Made by a program: the position numbers and the translations under genes | The notes under the pieces: model-generated | Database searches by the model: none | What the model was told of the DNA's origin: nothing | What the model saw: only the letters and a program-made list of their open reading frames with translations | Shown here: positions 53,936 to 62,091 of the stretch, one piece after another | Layout of the letters: each line of letters opens with the position of its first letter | Position numbering within the stretch: position 1 is the stretch's first letter | Origin: an uncultured Chloroflexia bacterium | GTDB lineage: Bacteria > Chloroflexota > Anaerolineae > JAAYZQ01 | Direction: 5' to 3' | Assembly (NCBI GenBank): GCA_963700285.1 | Contig: CAVOXA010000005.1 | Location: 32,001 to 96,000 of the forward strand | DNA length: 64,000 bases

Positions 53936-54703
53936 GTGACTGAACCCAAGATCCGGATCGACCAACGTGAGCTATTCCTACGACGGCCGAAGCCGCGCTC
54001 TGCAGGACATCACCCTCGACGTGCCCGCCAACGCCGTGACCGTCCTCTTCGGCCCGGCCGGCGGCGGCAAGACGACGCTGCTGCGCCTGATCAACCGGCT
54101 GAACGACCTGGTGGAGGGCACCAGGCATGTCCGGTCGCATTCTGCTGGACGGACGCGATATCTATGCCCCCGGCGTCGACGTTCCCGATCTGCGCCGGCG
54201 GGTGGGCATGGTTTTTGCTCTGCCCCTGCCCCTGCCCGGCACGATCCGCGAGAATGTTGACTATGGCCCCCGGCTGGCCGGCGATCCGGGACCAGACATG
54301 GCTGGACGAGGTCCTCGACCGCAGCCTGATCCCAGGCGGCGCTTTGGGACGAGGTCAAGGACCGGCTGGACGCTCCGGCCAGCTCGCTCTCCGGCGGGCA
54401 GCAGCAGCGGCTGTGCATCGCTCGCAGCCTGGCCCTGGAGCCCGAGGTGCTGCTGCTCGACGAGCCGACCTCGGGCCTGGACCCCATCTCCACCGGCAAG
54501 GTGGAGGAATCGCTTTATCGAGCTGAAAGCAAGAGTACACCATCGTCATCGTGCCGCACAGCGTCCAGCAGGCGGCCCGCGTGGCCGACTATGCCGCCTT
54601 TTTCCTGATGGGCGAACTGGTCGAGCACCGGCCGGGAACTGAGATCTTTACCACGCCCCAGGACAAACGCACGGAGGACTATGTCACCGGCCGGTTTGGA
54701 TAG
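53936..54703 (+). CDS. pstB: Phosphate ABC transporter ATP-binding protein, copy 1 (divergent), frameshifted
   Basis: [19 protein letters not shown]; [13 protein letters not shown]; DEPTSGLDP; ends [10 protein letters not shown]. Confidence 0.85.
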
Positions 54704-54722
54704 GGATCGGGGAGAATCGATC

Positions 54723-55475
54723 TTGAGCAAAATCCTGTCGGAGCACCTGACCTTCTACTATGGCGATGTTGCCGCACTGTCAGACATCTCCATGGAGATC
54801 CGCGACCGGCAGATCACGGCCCTGATCGGGCCGTCGGGCTGCGGCAAGTCCACCTTCCTGCGCTGCCTCAACCGGATGAACGACACCATCCCCGGCACCC
54901 GGGTCGAGGGCCAGGTGCTGCTCGACGGCCAGGACATCTATGCCCCTGGCACTGACGTGGTGGACCTGCGCCGCCGGGTGGGCATGGTCTTTCAGCGCCC
55001 CAACCCCTTTCCCCAGTCGGTCTATGACAACGTGGCCTTTGGCCCTCGCGTTCTGGGCATGGACCGCGGGGCGAGTCTGGACGACATCGTCGAAGAGAGC
55101 CTGCGCGGGGCAGCCCTGTGGGATGAGGTCAAGGACAACCTGAAGCAGGATGCTCTGAGCCTGTCCCTGGGCCAGCAGCAGCGGCTGTGCATCGCCCGCG
55201 CCATCGCCGTCAAGCCCGAGGTGATCCTGATGGATGAGCCTTGCTCGGCCCTGGATCCCATCGACACACTGGAGATCGAGGAGCTGATGCGCCAGCTCAA
55301 AGCAGACTATACCATCGTCATCGTCACCCACAACATGCAGCAGGCGGCCCGGGTCTCGGACTGGACAGGCTTTTTCTGGCTGGGCAAACTGGTGGAGTTT
55401 GGTGCGACGGAGCAGGTCTTTACGAGCCCGCGGCAGCAGCTGACCGATGATTACATCACCGGCCGGGCCGGGTGA
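54723..55475 (+). CDS. pstB: Phosphate ABC transporter ATP-binding protein, copy 2
   Basis: [19 protein letters not shown]; VFQRPNPF; DEPCSALDP; [10 protein letters not shown]; YITGR. Confidence 0.95.
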   Translation: MSKILSEHLTFYYGDVAALSDISMEIRDRQITALIGPSGCGKSTFLRCLNRMNDTIPGTRVEGQVLLDGQDIYAPGTDVVDLRRRVGMVFQRPNPFPQSVYDNVAFGPRVLGMDRGASLDDIVEESLRGAALWDEVKDNLKQDALSLSLGQQQRLCIARAIAVKPEVILMDEPCSALDPIDTLEIEELMRQLKADYTIVIVTHNMQQAARVSDWTGFFWLGKLVEFGATEQVFTSPRQQLTDDYITGRAG

Positions 55476-55495
55476 GGGCTGGAAGGGAGAGTGGG

Positions 55496-56179
55496 ATGCC
55501 CAGGCAGGCGTTCGAGCGCGAGTTGCAACACTTGGAGGACGAGATGCTGGCCTTGGCCAGCATGGTGGAGGAGGCCATTACCCATTCGGTGGACAGTTTG
55601 AGATTGCAGGATCTGGACAGTGCCCGTGGGTTGGTCGAGGCCGACGATGCCATCAACGAGAAACGATTCGACATTGAAGACGAGTGTATGATCGCCATCG
55701 CCACCCAACAGCCGATGGCTAGTGACCTACGCATCCTGGCCGCCATCCTGCACATCACTACCGAGTTGGAGCGCATCGGGGACTATGCCAAGGGCATCGC
55801 TCGCATCACCCTGATGATCGGCCAAGACCCACTGTTGAAACCCCTCATCGATATCCCCCGCATGGCGGAGCAGGCGCGCCTGATGCTGCACCAGGCCATG
55901 GAGGCTTTCATCGAGCGGGACGTGGCAAGGGCCAAGGTCATTCCCGACCAGGATGATCTGGTCGACGACCTGTACAACCAGGTGTATCGTGAGTTGATGA
56001 CCTATGTGCTCAAGGACCCCAAGAACATTGACCAGGCCAATTATCTGCTGTGGGCGGCCCACAACCTGGAGCGAACGGCCGACCGGGTGACCAACATCTG
56101 CGAGCGAGTGATTTTTATGGTCACCGGCAGGATGAAGGAGCTTGTGTCCGATGACTCTGGGCTGGAAAGCCTGTCGTAG
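55496..56179 (+). CDS. phoU: Phosphate signalling protein PhoU
   Basis: QQPMASDLR, ELERIGDYA, DDLVDDLY and LERTADRVTNICE. Confidence 0.95.
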   Translation: MPRQAFERELQHLEDEMLALASMVEEAITHSVDSLRLQDLDSARGLVEADDAINEKRFDIEDECMIAIATQQPMASDLRILAAILHITTELERIGDYAKGIARITLMIGQDPLLKPLIDIPRMAEQARLMLHQAMEAFIERDVARAKVIPDQDDLVDDLYNQVYRELMTYVLKDPKNIDQANYLLWAAHNLERTADRVTNICERVIFMVTGRMKELVSDDSGLESLS

Positions 56180-56288
56180 CCTGCGTGACGGGCCATTGTC
56201 TGCCTGAGAGCAGGTTGCACAGGGGTGGACGCGTTTCTTTGGCCGGACGGTGCCAGGCCCGGTCTGGCTATGAATCTGGAGTTTCTGC

Positions 56289-57008
56289 ATGACAGAGCAG
56301 CATGAAGAGGTTGGTCACTGTGACAAGAAGATTGTCATAACCGAAGACGGTCCGTACCTGGTCCAGGGGAACATTCCGCTGGTACGCAAGATACAGGTCG
56401 TCTCCGAGTACGGCGAGCCGCTGACGTGGAGACAGGGCGAGGTGTTTGAGACTCCCGAGACCTACGAACTCTGCCGCTGCGGGCAGTCAAGCTTCAAGCC
56501 GTTCTGTGACGTGACCCACAGTATCATCGAGTACGACGGTACAGAGACGGCAGATACGGGACCGACGGCCTGGCGCCAGAAGACATTCGAGGGAAGTACC
56601 GGGATCGTGGTCAGGCGCGATTACGCGCTCTGCTCTGAAGCGGGCTTTTGCGCGAACCGCAGGACCAGCGTCGAGGAGATGGTGCCCCATACAGTTGAAC
56701 CAGAGACACGGGCACAGGTCATGGCCATGATCGAGCGCTGCCCTTCCGGTTCGTTTGTCTATACCATCCGAGAGGGAGAACCTGACGTCGAGCCGGATCT
56801 GCCGCAGCAGATTGCCGTGACAACCGAGATTACATCGGACGGCCCCATCGCCGGCCCTCTGTGGGTCACAGGCAATATCCCCATTGAGCGCGCCGATGGG
56901 CAACCTCTGGAGACGCGAAACAGGGTCACCCTTTGCTGCTGCGGGCAGTCGGAGAACAAACCTCTGTGTGACGGCAAGCATCGGGAGGTGCACTCGCCGG
57001 TGCAGTGA
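56289..57008 (+). CDS. CDGSH iron-sulfur protein (two CDGSH domains flanking a divergent ferredoxin-like domain)
   Basis: LCRCGQSSFKPFCDVTH and LCCCGQSENKPLCDGKH; central C...GFC...CPSG. Confidence 0.9.
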   Translation: MTEQHEEVGHCDKKIVITEDGPYLVQGNIPLVRKIQVVSEYGEPLTWRQGEVFETPETYELCRCGQSSFKPFCDVTHSIIEYDGTETADTGPTAWRQKTFEGSTGIVVRRDYALCSEAGFCANRRTSVEEMVPHTVEPETRAQVMAMIERCPSGSFVYTIREGEPDVEPDLPQQIAVTTEITSDGPIAGPLWVTGNIPIERADGQPLETRNRVTLCCCGQSENKPLCDGKHREVHSPVQ

Positions 57009-57088
57009 CCCCAGTCGGTGAGGTTTTCGAGTAGGTCTGACATGGTCCTTTTTCCCTGAGCGACGATTCTGTCCGGGAGGAGCTACGC

Positions 57089-58540
57089 ATGAAAGCCATC
57101 ATGGTCATGTTTGATTCGCTGAACCGACGTTTGCTGCCGCCCTATGGCTGCGACTGGGTACATGCACCCAATTTCCAGCGACTGGCTGACCGTTCGATAA
57201 CCTACGACAATTGCTACATTGCTAGCTCACCCTGCATGCCCGCCCGGCGCGAGCTGCACACCGGGCGCTACAACTTTTTGCACCGTGGTTGGGGGCCAGT
57301 GGAACCTTTTGATGACTCTATGCCCCGGCTCCTCGACGAGAATGGGATCCACAGCCATTTGGCCAGCGATCACTATCACTACTGGGAAGAAGGCGGCTGT
57401 ACCTACCATACCCGCTATACTGCCTGGGACCTGTCCCGGGGACAGGAGGGCGATCCCTGGAAGGGTCAAGTGGCGGAGCCCCAGATCCCAGAGAGCCTCA
57501 GTGGCCGGACCGGGCGGTCCTGGCGACAGGACTGGGTGAATCGCGCGCACATGTTACGCGAGGAGGACTGGCCCCAGGCAAAGACCTTCCGCGAAGGGCT
57601 GGAATTCCTCGAGGCCAACCACGATCAGGACAACTGGTTCCTGCATATCGAAACCTTTGATCCTCACGAGCCCTTCTTTGCTCCCCAGCGGTACCGTGAC
57701 CTGTACCCCCACGACTATGATGGCCCTTCTTTCGACTGGCCCGAGTATCGCCGTGTACAAGAGACACCGGAACAGGTACAGCACTGCCGCTACGAGTACG
57801 CGGCCCTGCTCAGCATGTGTGACGCCTACCTGGGCAAGGTCCTGGACAAGGTGGACGAGCTTGACCTCTGGCAGGATACGATGCTGATCGTGAACACGGA
57901 CCACGGCTTTCTTCTGGGCGAGCATGGCTGGTGGGCCAAGGTGGTGCAGCCCTTCTATAACGAACTGGTAAATACGCCTCTCTTTGTCTGGGATCCCCGC
58001 CTGGGCCTGGCTGGTGAGCGCAGTGGAGCCCTGGTTCAAACCATCGACCTGGCGCCTACGGTACTCGAATTCTTTGGTCTGGAGCGCTCCCCAGATATGC
58101 TGGGCATCCCGATAGGCGATGGCAGAACTGGCCGTGAGGCCTGTCTGTTCGGGATGCACGGCGGACACGTCAACTGCACAGACGGGCGCTACGTGTACAT
58201 GCGGGCGCCGGCGACGGCAGAGAACGGGCCGCTGTTCAACTACACCCTTATGCCCACGCACATGAGAAGGCCCTTTTCCCTTGAGGAGCTTCGGGCCCTC
58301 GAGCTGGCCGGACCCTTCTCGTTCACAAAAGGCTGTCGCACGCTCAAGGTCCCGGCAACACCGCTGGCTGGGGACGCGTTCTCGTTTGGGAACCTGCTCT
58401 TCGATCTGGACTACGATCCGCAGCAGGAGCACCCCATTGAGGATCCCGTCCTTGAGGAGCGAATGATCAACCTCCTGGTCCGCCTCATGATGGAAAACGA
58501 TGCGCCATCGGAGCAATTCCTAAGGCTGGGGTTGCGGTGA
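57089..58540 (+). CDS. Cys-type sulfatase
   Basis: MFDSL, CMPARRELHTG (CxPxR), DPHEPF and TDHG. Confidence 0.92.
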   Translation: MKAIMVMFDSLNRRLLPPYGCDWVHAPNFQRLADRSITYDNCYIASSPCMPARRELHTGRYNFLHRGWGPVEPFDDSMPRLLDENGIHSHLASDHYHYWEEGGCTYHTRYTAWDLSRGQEGDPWKGQVAEPQIPESLSGRTGRSWRQDWVNRAHMLREEDWPQAKTFREGLEFLEANHDQDNWFLHIETFDPHEPFFAPQRYRDLYPHDYDGPSFDWPEYRRVQETPEQVQHCRYEYAALLSMCDAYLGKVLDKVDELDLWQDTMLIVNTDHGFLLGEHGWWAKVVQPFYNELVNTPLFVWDPRLGLAGERSGALVQTIDLAPTVLEFFGLERSPDMLGIPIGDGRTGREACLFGMHGGHVNCTDGRYVYMRAPATAENGPLFNYTLMPTHMRRPFSLEELRALELAGPFSFTKGCRTLKVPATPLAGDAFSFGNLLFDLDYDPQQEHPIEDPVLEERMINLLVRLMMENDAPSEQFLRLGLR

Positions 58541-58607
58541 CACAGCCACCCAGTGCCTTTTCCATATCTTGATGGATCTCCCAGGAGGAGTGGTAAAGAG
58601 AGGTAAT

Positions 58608-59849
58608 GTGGTGGCTGGTGATAAAAAATGGACCTTTATGGTCTACCTGGCGGGAGACAACAATCTGGAGTCTTTTGGCACCAAGGATCTGATCGAGATG
58701 AAGGTGGCGGGTTCCAGCGATCAGGTCTCCATCGTGTCCCAGTTCGACCGCATGTCCGACGAGGTGACGCGGCGCTACTATCTGGCCACGGAAGGCAGTC
58801 TGATGGACAACTGTGTGGCCGAGTTGCCCGAGGTGAACACAGGGGACCCCAAAGCCCTCGCCGACTTTTGCTCGTGGGCCTGCAGCAGTTACCCAGCGGA
58901 GCACTATGCACTGGTGGTGTGGAATCACGGGACGGGCTGGAAGGACGAAGATATCTATCGCGCGGCTGAAGCCAGGGGACTTGCCGGGCTGGTCGGCCGG
59001 GGACAGGTCCGCAGCCTGTCCTCGGGCAAGCCGGGCCGGGCGCTCTTTGCCACCACCATGGCCAAGTTGGTCAACGAATCGATCAGGCGGGCCATCGCTT
59101 TTGACGATAGTGCCGCTGATTTCCTGGATAACCACGAGCTAAAGCGTGTGCTGCAGCAGGCTGCCCCTGCCTTCGGCGGACAGCTTGACCTCCTGGGCTT
59201 TGATGCCTGCCTGATGAGCATGCTGGAGGTCGACTACCAGCTCCAGCACCTCTGCCAGGTCGCCGTGAGTTCGCAGGAGAACGAACCGGGCGATGGTTGG
59301 CCCTACGGCGCCATAATCCGCAAGCTCAGGGCCGAGCCGGACATGACGGCTGAGACGCTGGGCAGGACAATCGTGGAGGAGTATGATCTTTCCTACCGCC
59401 TCAATCAACCGGGTGCATCGGTGACCCAGTCGGCCGTCGTACTGAACCGGCTGGAGCCGGTCGCCGGGGCGGTGGGTCACCTGGGGGCTACGCTGCTGGC
59501 ATATACGTCAGACCGGGCCACGATGGGCATTGTGTTCAATGCCGTGCGTTTTGCTCAGAGCTTCAGCGACCGCGACTATATCGACCTTGGCCACTTTTGC
59601 CAACTGCTGGCCGCAGACGACGTGGATGGAGCGATCGGAGCGGCGGCCCAGTCTGTCGTGGATCTGCTGGCGGCGGAAACGTCGCCCGTGATTGCAGAGG
59701 CTCACCATGGCCCAGAGGTTACGGATGCTTCTGGCCTCAGTATCTATCTGCCGACCAGGGTGGTGAGCCCCCTGTACAGGGACCTTGATTTTGCTCAGAA
59801 CCATGGCTGGGACGAGTTCCTGAGCTCTTTTGTCGATCCCAATGGGTAG
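58608..59849 (+). CDS. Clostripain-family (C11) cysteine peptidase, no signal peptide
   Basis: WTFMVYLAGDNNL, WNHGTGW (His), FDACLM (Cys), EPGDGW and GLSIY. Confidence 0.9.
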   Translation: MVAGDKKWTFMVYLAGDNNLESFGTKDLIEMKVAGSSDQVSIVSQFDRMSDEVTRRYYLATEGSLMDNCVAELPEVNTGDPKALADFCSWACSSYPAEHYALVVWNHGTGWKDEDIYRAAEARGLAGLVGRGQVRSLSSGKPGRALFATTMAKLVNESIRRAIAFDDSAADFLDNHELKRVLQQAAPAFGGQLDLLGFDACLMSMLEVDYQLQHLCQVAVSSQENEPGDGWPYGAIIRKLRAEPDMTAETLGRTIVEEYDLSYRLNQPGASVTQSAVVLNRLEPVAGAVGHLGATLLAYTSDRATMGIVFNAVRFAQSFSDRDYIDLGHFCQLLAADDVDGAIGAAAQSVVDLLAAETSPVIAEAHHGPEVTDASGLSIYLPTRVVSPLYRDLDFAQNHGWDEFLSSFVDPNG

Positions 59850-59875
59850 GCAAGGGCCATGGTCACCCAGTACGA

Positions 59876-60133
59876 TTGCTTCACGAGGAAGCACAGATCG
59901 AGAGCAAGTGCCACGCTTGCGGTTTGCGCGCACGTGCCGAAGAAAAGTCCGAATCGCTGATTGCGCGCCATTGGCGGTGGTACACCGGTTGGAGGGCCTA
60001 CGTCCAGGAACTGGAGAGCAAGGGGCTGGAAGCGCCAAGTCTGACGGAGGTCGAGCATCATACCCTGAGTAGCGGCGGTGTTAGTTCTGCCGAAAGTCGA
60101 TCTGATAGACCTGGATCCCTTTCTCGCAGTTAG
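59876..60133 (+). CDS. Small hypothetical protein with CxxC and WRW motif
   Basis: KCHACGLRARAEEKSESLIARHWRWYTGWRAY resembles a recalled small family C..C..RA......S...R.WRWH..WCPGW..Y; start uncertain. Confidence 0.45.
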   Translation: MLHEEAQIESKCHACGLRARAEEKSESLIARHWRWYTGWRAYVQELESKGLEAPSLTEVEHHTLSSGGVSSAESRSDRPGSLSRS

Positions 60134-60728
60134 CCGAGGTTGGGGCTTCCACGGTGTTTGACTGGCAGTCCCAGCTCTTCTTCTCGGGAACTATGCACGC
60201 GTACCAAACTACCTCGCGGGGTCGATTGTCCAGGGTACCGTCCCAATTGTGATCTCCGGTTTGCTCCTGGCTTGACTTGTACCAGTAGCCATCAAAGTTT
60301 TCAGCCCAAAGGTGCACCCAGACGTCGCCCACCGGCTCGCCGTACCGGTCGAGCACGAAGCCGAAAAGCCGGGTCAGGGAGCAGTTCGGATAGGTAGCCA
60401 CAATCTCGCCGGTCCAAGGGTAGGACGGTGGATAGCCATTGACCATGATGGGCAAGAAGGCGGTGGTGGTGCTAACGGCGCTGAGCGAACCAGCGGCGCT
60501 CACAGTCGTCATCCGCGCCAATTGTGGCGCGCCGCGTGCCGGGGAGAGTACCTGAGGCGGCGCAACGGGCTTGTAGACGACGCTGGTTTTGGCCGATGCC
60601 AGCAAGGTGGCTGCGGCCATACTGAGCAGCATCACGGTGATGCCCAGGGCCATACTGGCCCAGACCTGCCGCCGCCTGGGCCCTTTCGGCGAAAGATGCG
60701 GCGCGTTGTGGCTTGCTCCACCTACCAT
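60081..60728 (-). CDS. Hypothetical secreted/membrane-anchored protein
   Basis: Hydrophobic N-terminal segment, Chloroflexota-like AFLPIM motif, Cys-containing C-terminal beta domain; TGCTATACT promoter upstream. Confidence 0.7.
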   Translation of the reverse strand: MVGGASHNAPHLSPKGPRRRQVWASMALGITVMLLSMAAATLLASAKTSVVYKPVAPPQVLSPARGAPQLARMTTVSAAGSLSAVSTTTAFLPIMVNGYPPSYPWTGEIVATYPNCSLTRLFGFVLDRYGEPVGDVWVHLWAENFDGYWYKSSQEQTGDHNWDGTLDNRPREVVWYACIVPEKKSWDCQSNTVEAPTSANCEKGIQVYQIDFRQN

Positions 60729-60852
60729 GGGTCTTTTCCTTTTCTCGGGCGCTGCTGCAGTATAGCACAAGGGCGTAGAACGAGCAAGGGCTTCCATATT
60801 CTGGACCAGCGCCCTGGGCGGAAGTCTCACTATGCCGCCCGGATTGCCCGGT

Positions 60853-61050
60853 TCAAAGACCAATCCTCCGCTGCTGTTGCGTGAGGGCTTTATTGATGCG
60901 CGAGTGGTTGTCTCCCAGGGACAGACACCACACGCCTGCCTCAAAGTCAACGTACCTTTGCCCTTGCGCGTCATAGAGACAAGAACCCTGACCGTGAACG
61001 ATGCCGGTCTTGGCCAGATCGCAACCGGAACACCTGAATACGTGGCTCAC
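60853..61050 (-). pseudogene. N-terminal remnant of a class III aminotransferase
   Basis: AGGAGGAG RBS and GTG; IVHGQGSCLYDAQGQRYVDFEAGVWCLSLGDNHSRI..AL..Q, then homology stops after about 65 aa. Confidence 0.8.
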
Positions 61051-61093
61051 GGCTCCTCCTTTCTTGCAGTTCCGGCTTCCGATGTGAGCTGCG

Positions 61094-61903
61094 CTAGCGA
61101 AGTGCCAGCAGCTCGGATACGGTGACGAACCGGTAGCCTTGCTCCCGCAGCCCCTGGATGATGCCCGGCAGGGCTTCTCTGGATGCAGGCCGGTTCTTGG
61201 CCATGACGTGCAGCAAGATGATAGAACCGGGGCGCGTGTCTGCCAGCACCTGCTCGACGATGCGCTGCGCGTCGTCCGGGGTGCCCGAGTACCCTTCGGG
61301 TGCAACGTCCCAAAAGATGTTCTTGCGCCCTGACCACCACAGGTAGTAGGGCAAGACGATCAGTTTTTTCCCGCCCGGTGACCGAAAGTGAATGTTGCCT
61401 TCGTAGCCCACTTCCCTGATCAGGCGGTCGGTCTCTTCTATCTCAGTTTTCACAAAACCAAAGGACTTGAGGACCATGCGCTTGTGACGGTAGGAGTGGT
61501 TGCCCAACTCGTGGCCTTGCTCGACAATCTGTTCTCCTGCCCCCGGATTCCGGGCAAGTGCCTTGCCAGTGACAAAGAAGGTTGCCTTGACGTCTTGTTC
61601 GCTGAGCACCTGCAGGATCTGTTCGGTGAATTGGTCGGAGGGGCCATCATCGAAGGTCAGGGCAACCACGCGGAGGTCCGTCTCCACGCGTGGCACGATG
61701 CCGCCAAAAAGCTGAAGGGTACGAGCTTTGCTCAGTTTCCAGGCGGAGAAGGTAACCAGTGCAGCAGCAAAGACGGCTACGGCTGAGATCCGCAACGCCA
61801 TCGCCTGGGCGTTGGAGGCAGATCCTCGGAAGGCGCGCCAGGCAGCCAGCCCGGCACCAGTCAGAGCGATGGCGAGCAGCAGGAGGATTCCAATCTCAAG
61901 CAT
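61094..61903 (-). CDS. Polysaccharide deacetylase (NodB/CE4) with two N-terminal TMs
   Basis: ALTFDDGP, ATFFV, GNHSYRH, FRSPGG and GSIILLH. Confidence 0.92.
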   Translation of the reverse strand: MLEIGILLLLAIALTGAGLAAWRAFRGSASNAQAMALRISAVAVFAAALVTFSAWKLSKARTLQLFGGIVPRVETDLRVVALTFDDGPSDQFTEQILQVLSEQDVKATFFVTGKALARNPGAGEQIVEQGHELGNHSYRHKRMVLKSFGFVKTEIEETDRLIREVGYEGNIHFRSPGGKKLIVLPYYLWWSGRKNIFWDVAPEGYSGTPDDAQRIVEQVLADTRPGSIILLHVMAKNRPASREALPGIIQGLREQGYRFVTVSELLALR

Positions 61904-61909
61904 GGTGCT

Positions 61910-61939
61910 AGTATAGCAAGCCTGCTGCATCCCTGTCAA
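61910..61939 (-). promoter_or_regulatory. Sigma70 promoter placing the transcription start at the deacetylase ATG (leaderless)
   Basis: Minus strand TTGACA-18bp-TATACT-6bp-ATG; no Shine-Dalgarno. Confidence 0.65.
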
Positions 61940-62020
61940 GCCTGGTGGGACATTGGGGGCTGCTCGTTTCGCGCCAGGATGAGACTGTTCGCGGCGAGGC
62001 CTGGATCTGATCCTCTGCGC

Positions 62021-62060
62021 AAGAAAAGAGACCTCGGGGGTTTTCCGGAACCCCCGAGGT
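62021..62060 (-). terminator. Rho-independent terminator of the surface-protein gene
   Basis: Minus strand ACCTCGGGGGTT-ccggaa-AACCCCCGAGGT followed by CTCTTTTCTT. Confidence 0.8.
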
Positions 62061-62091
62061 TGTGACTTTTGGGCTTGCTAGCCCGGGCGGC

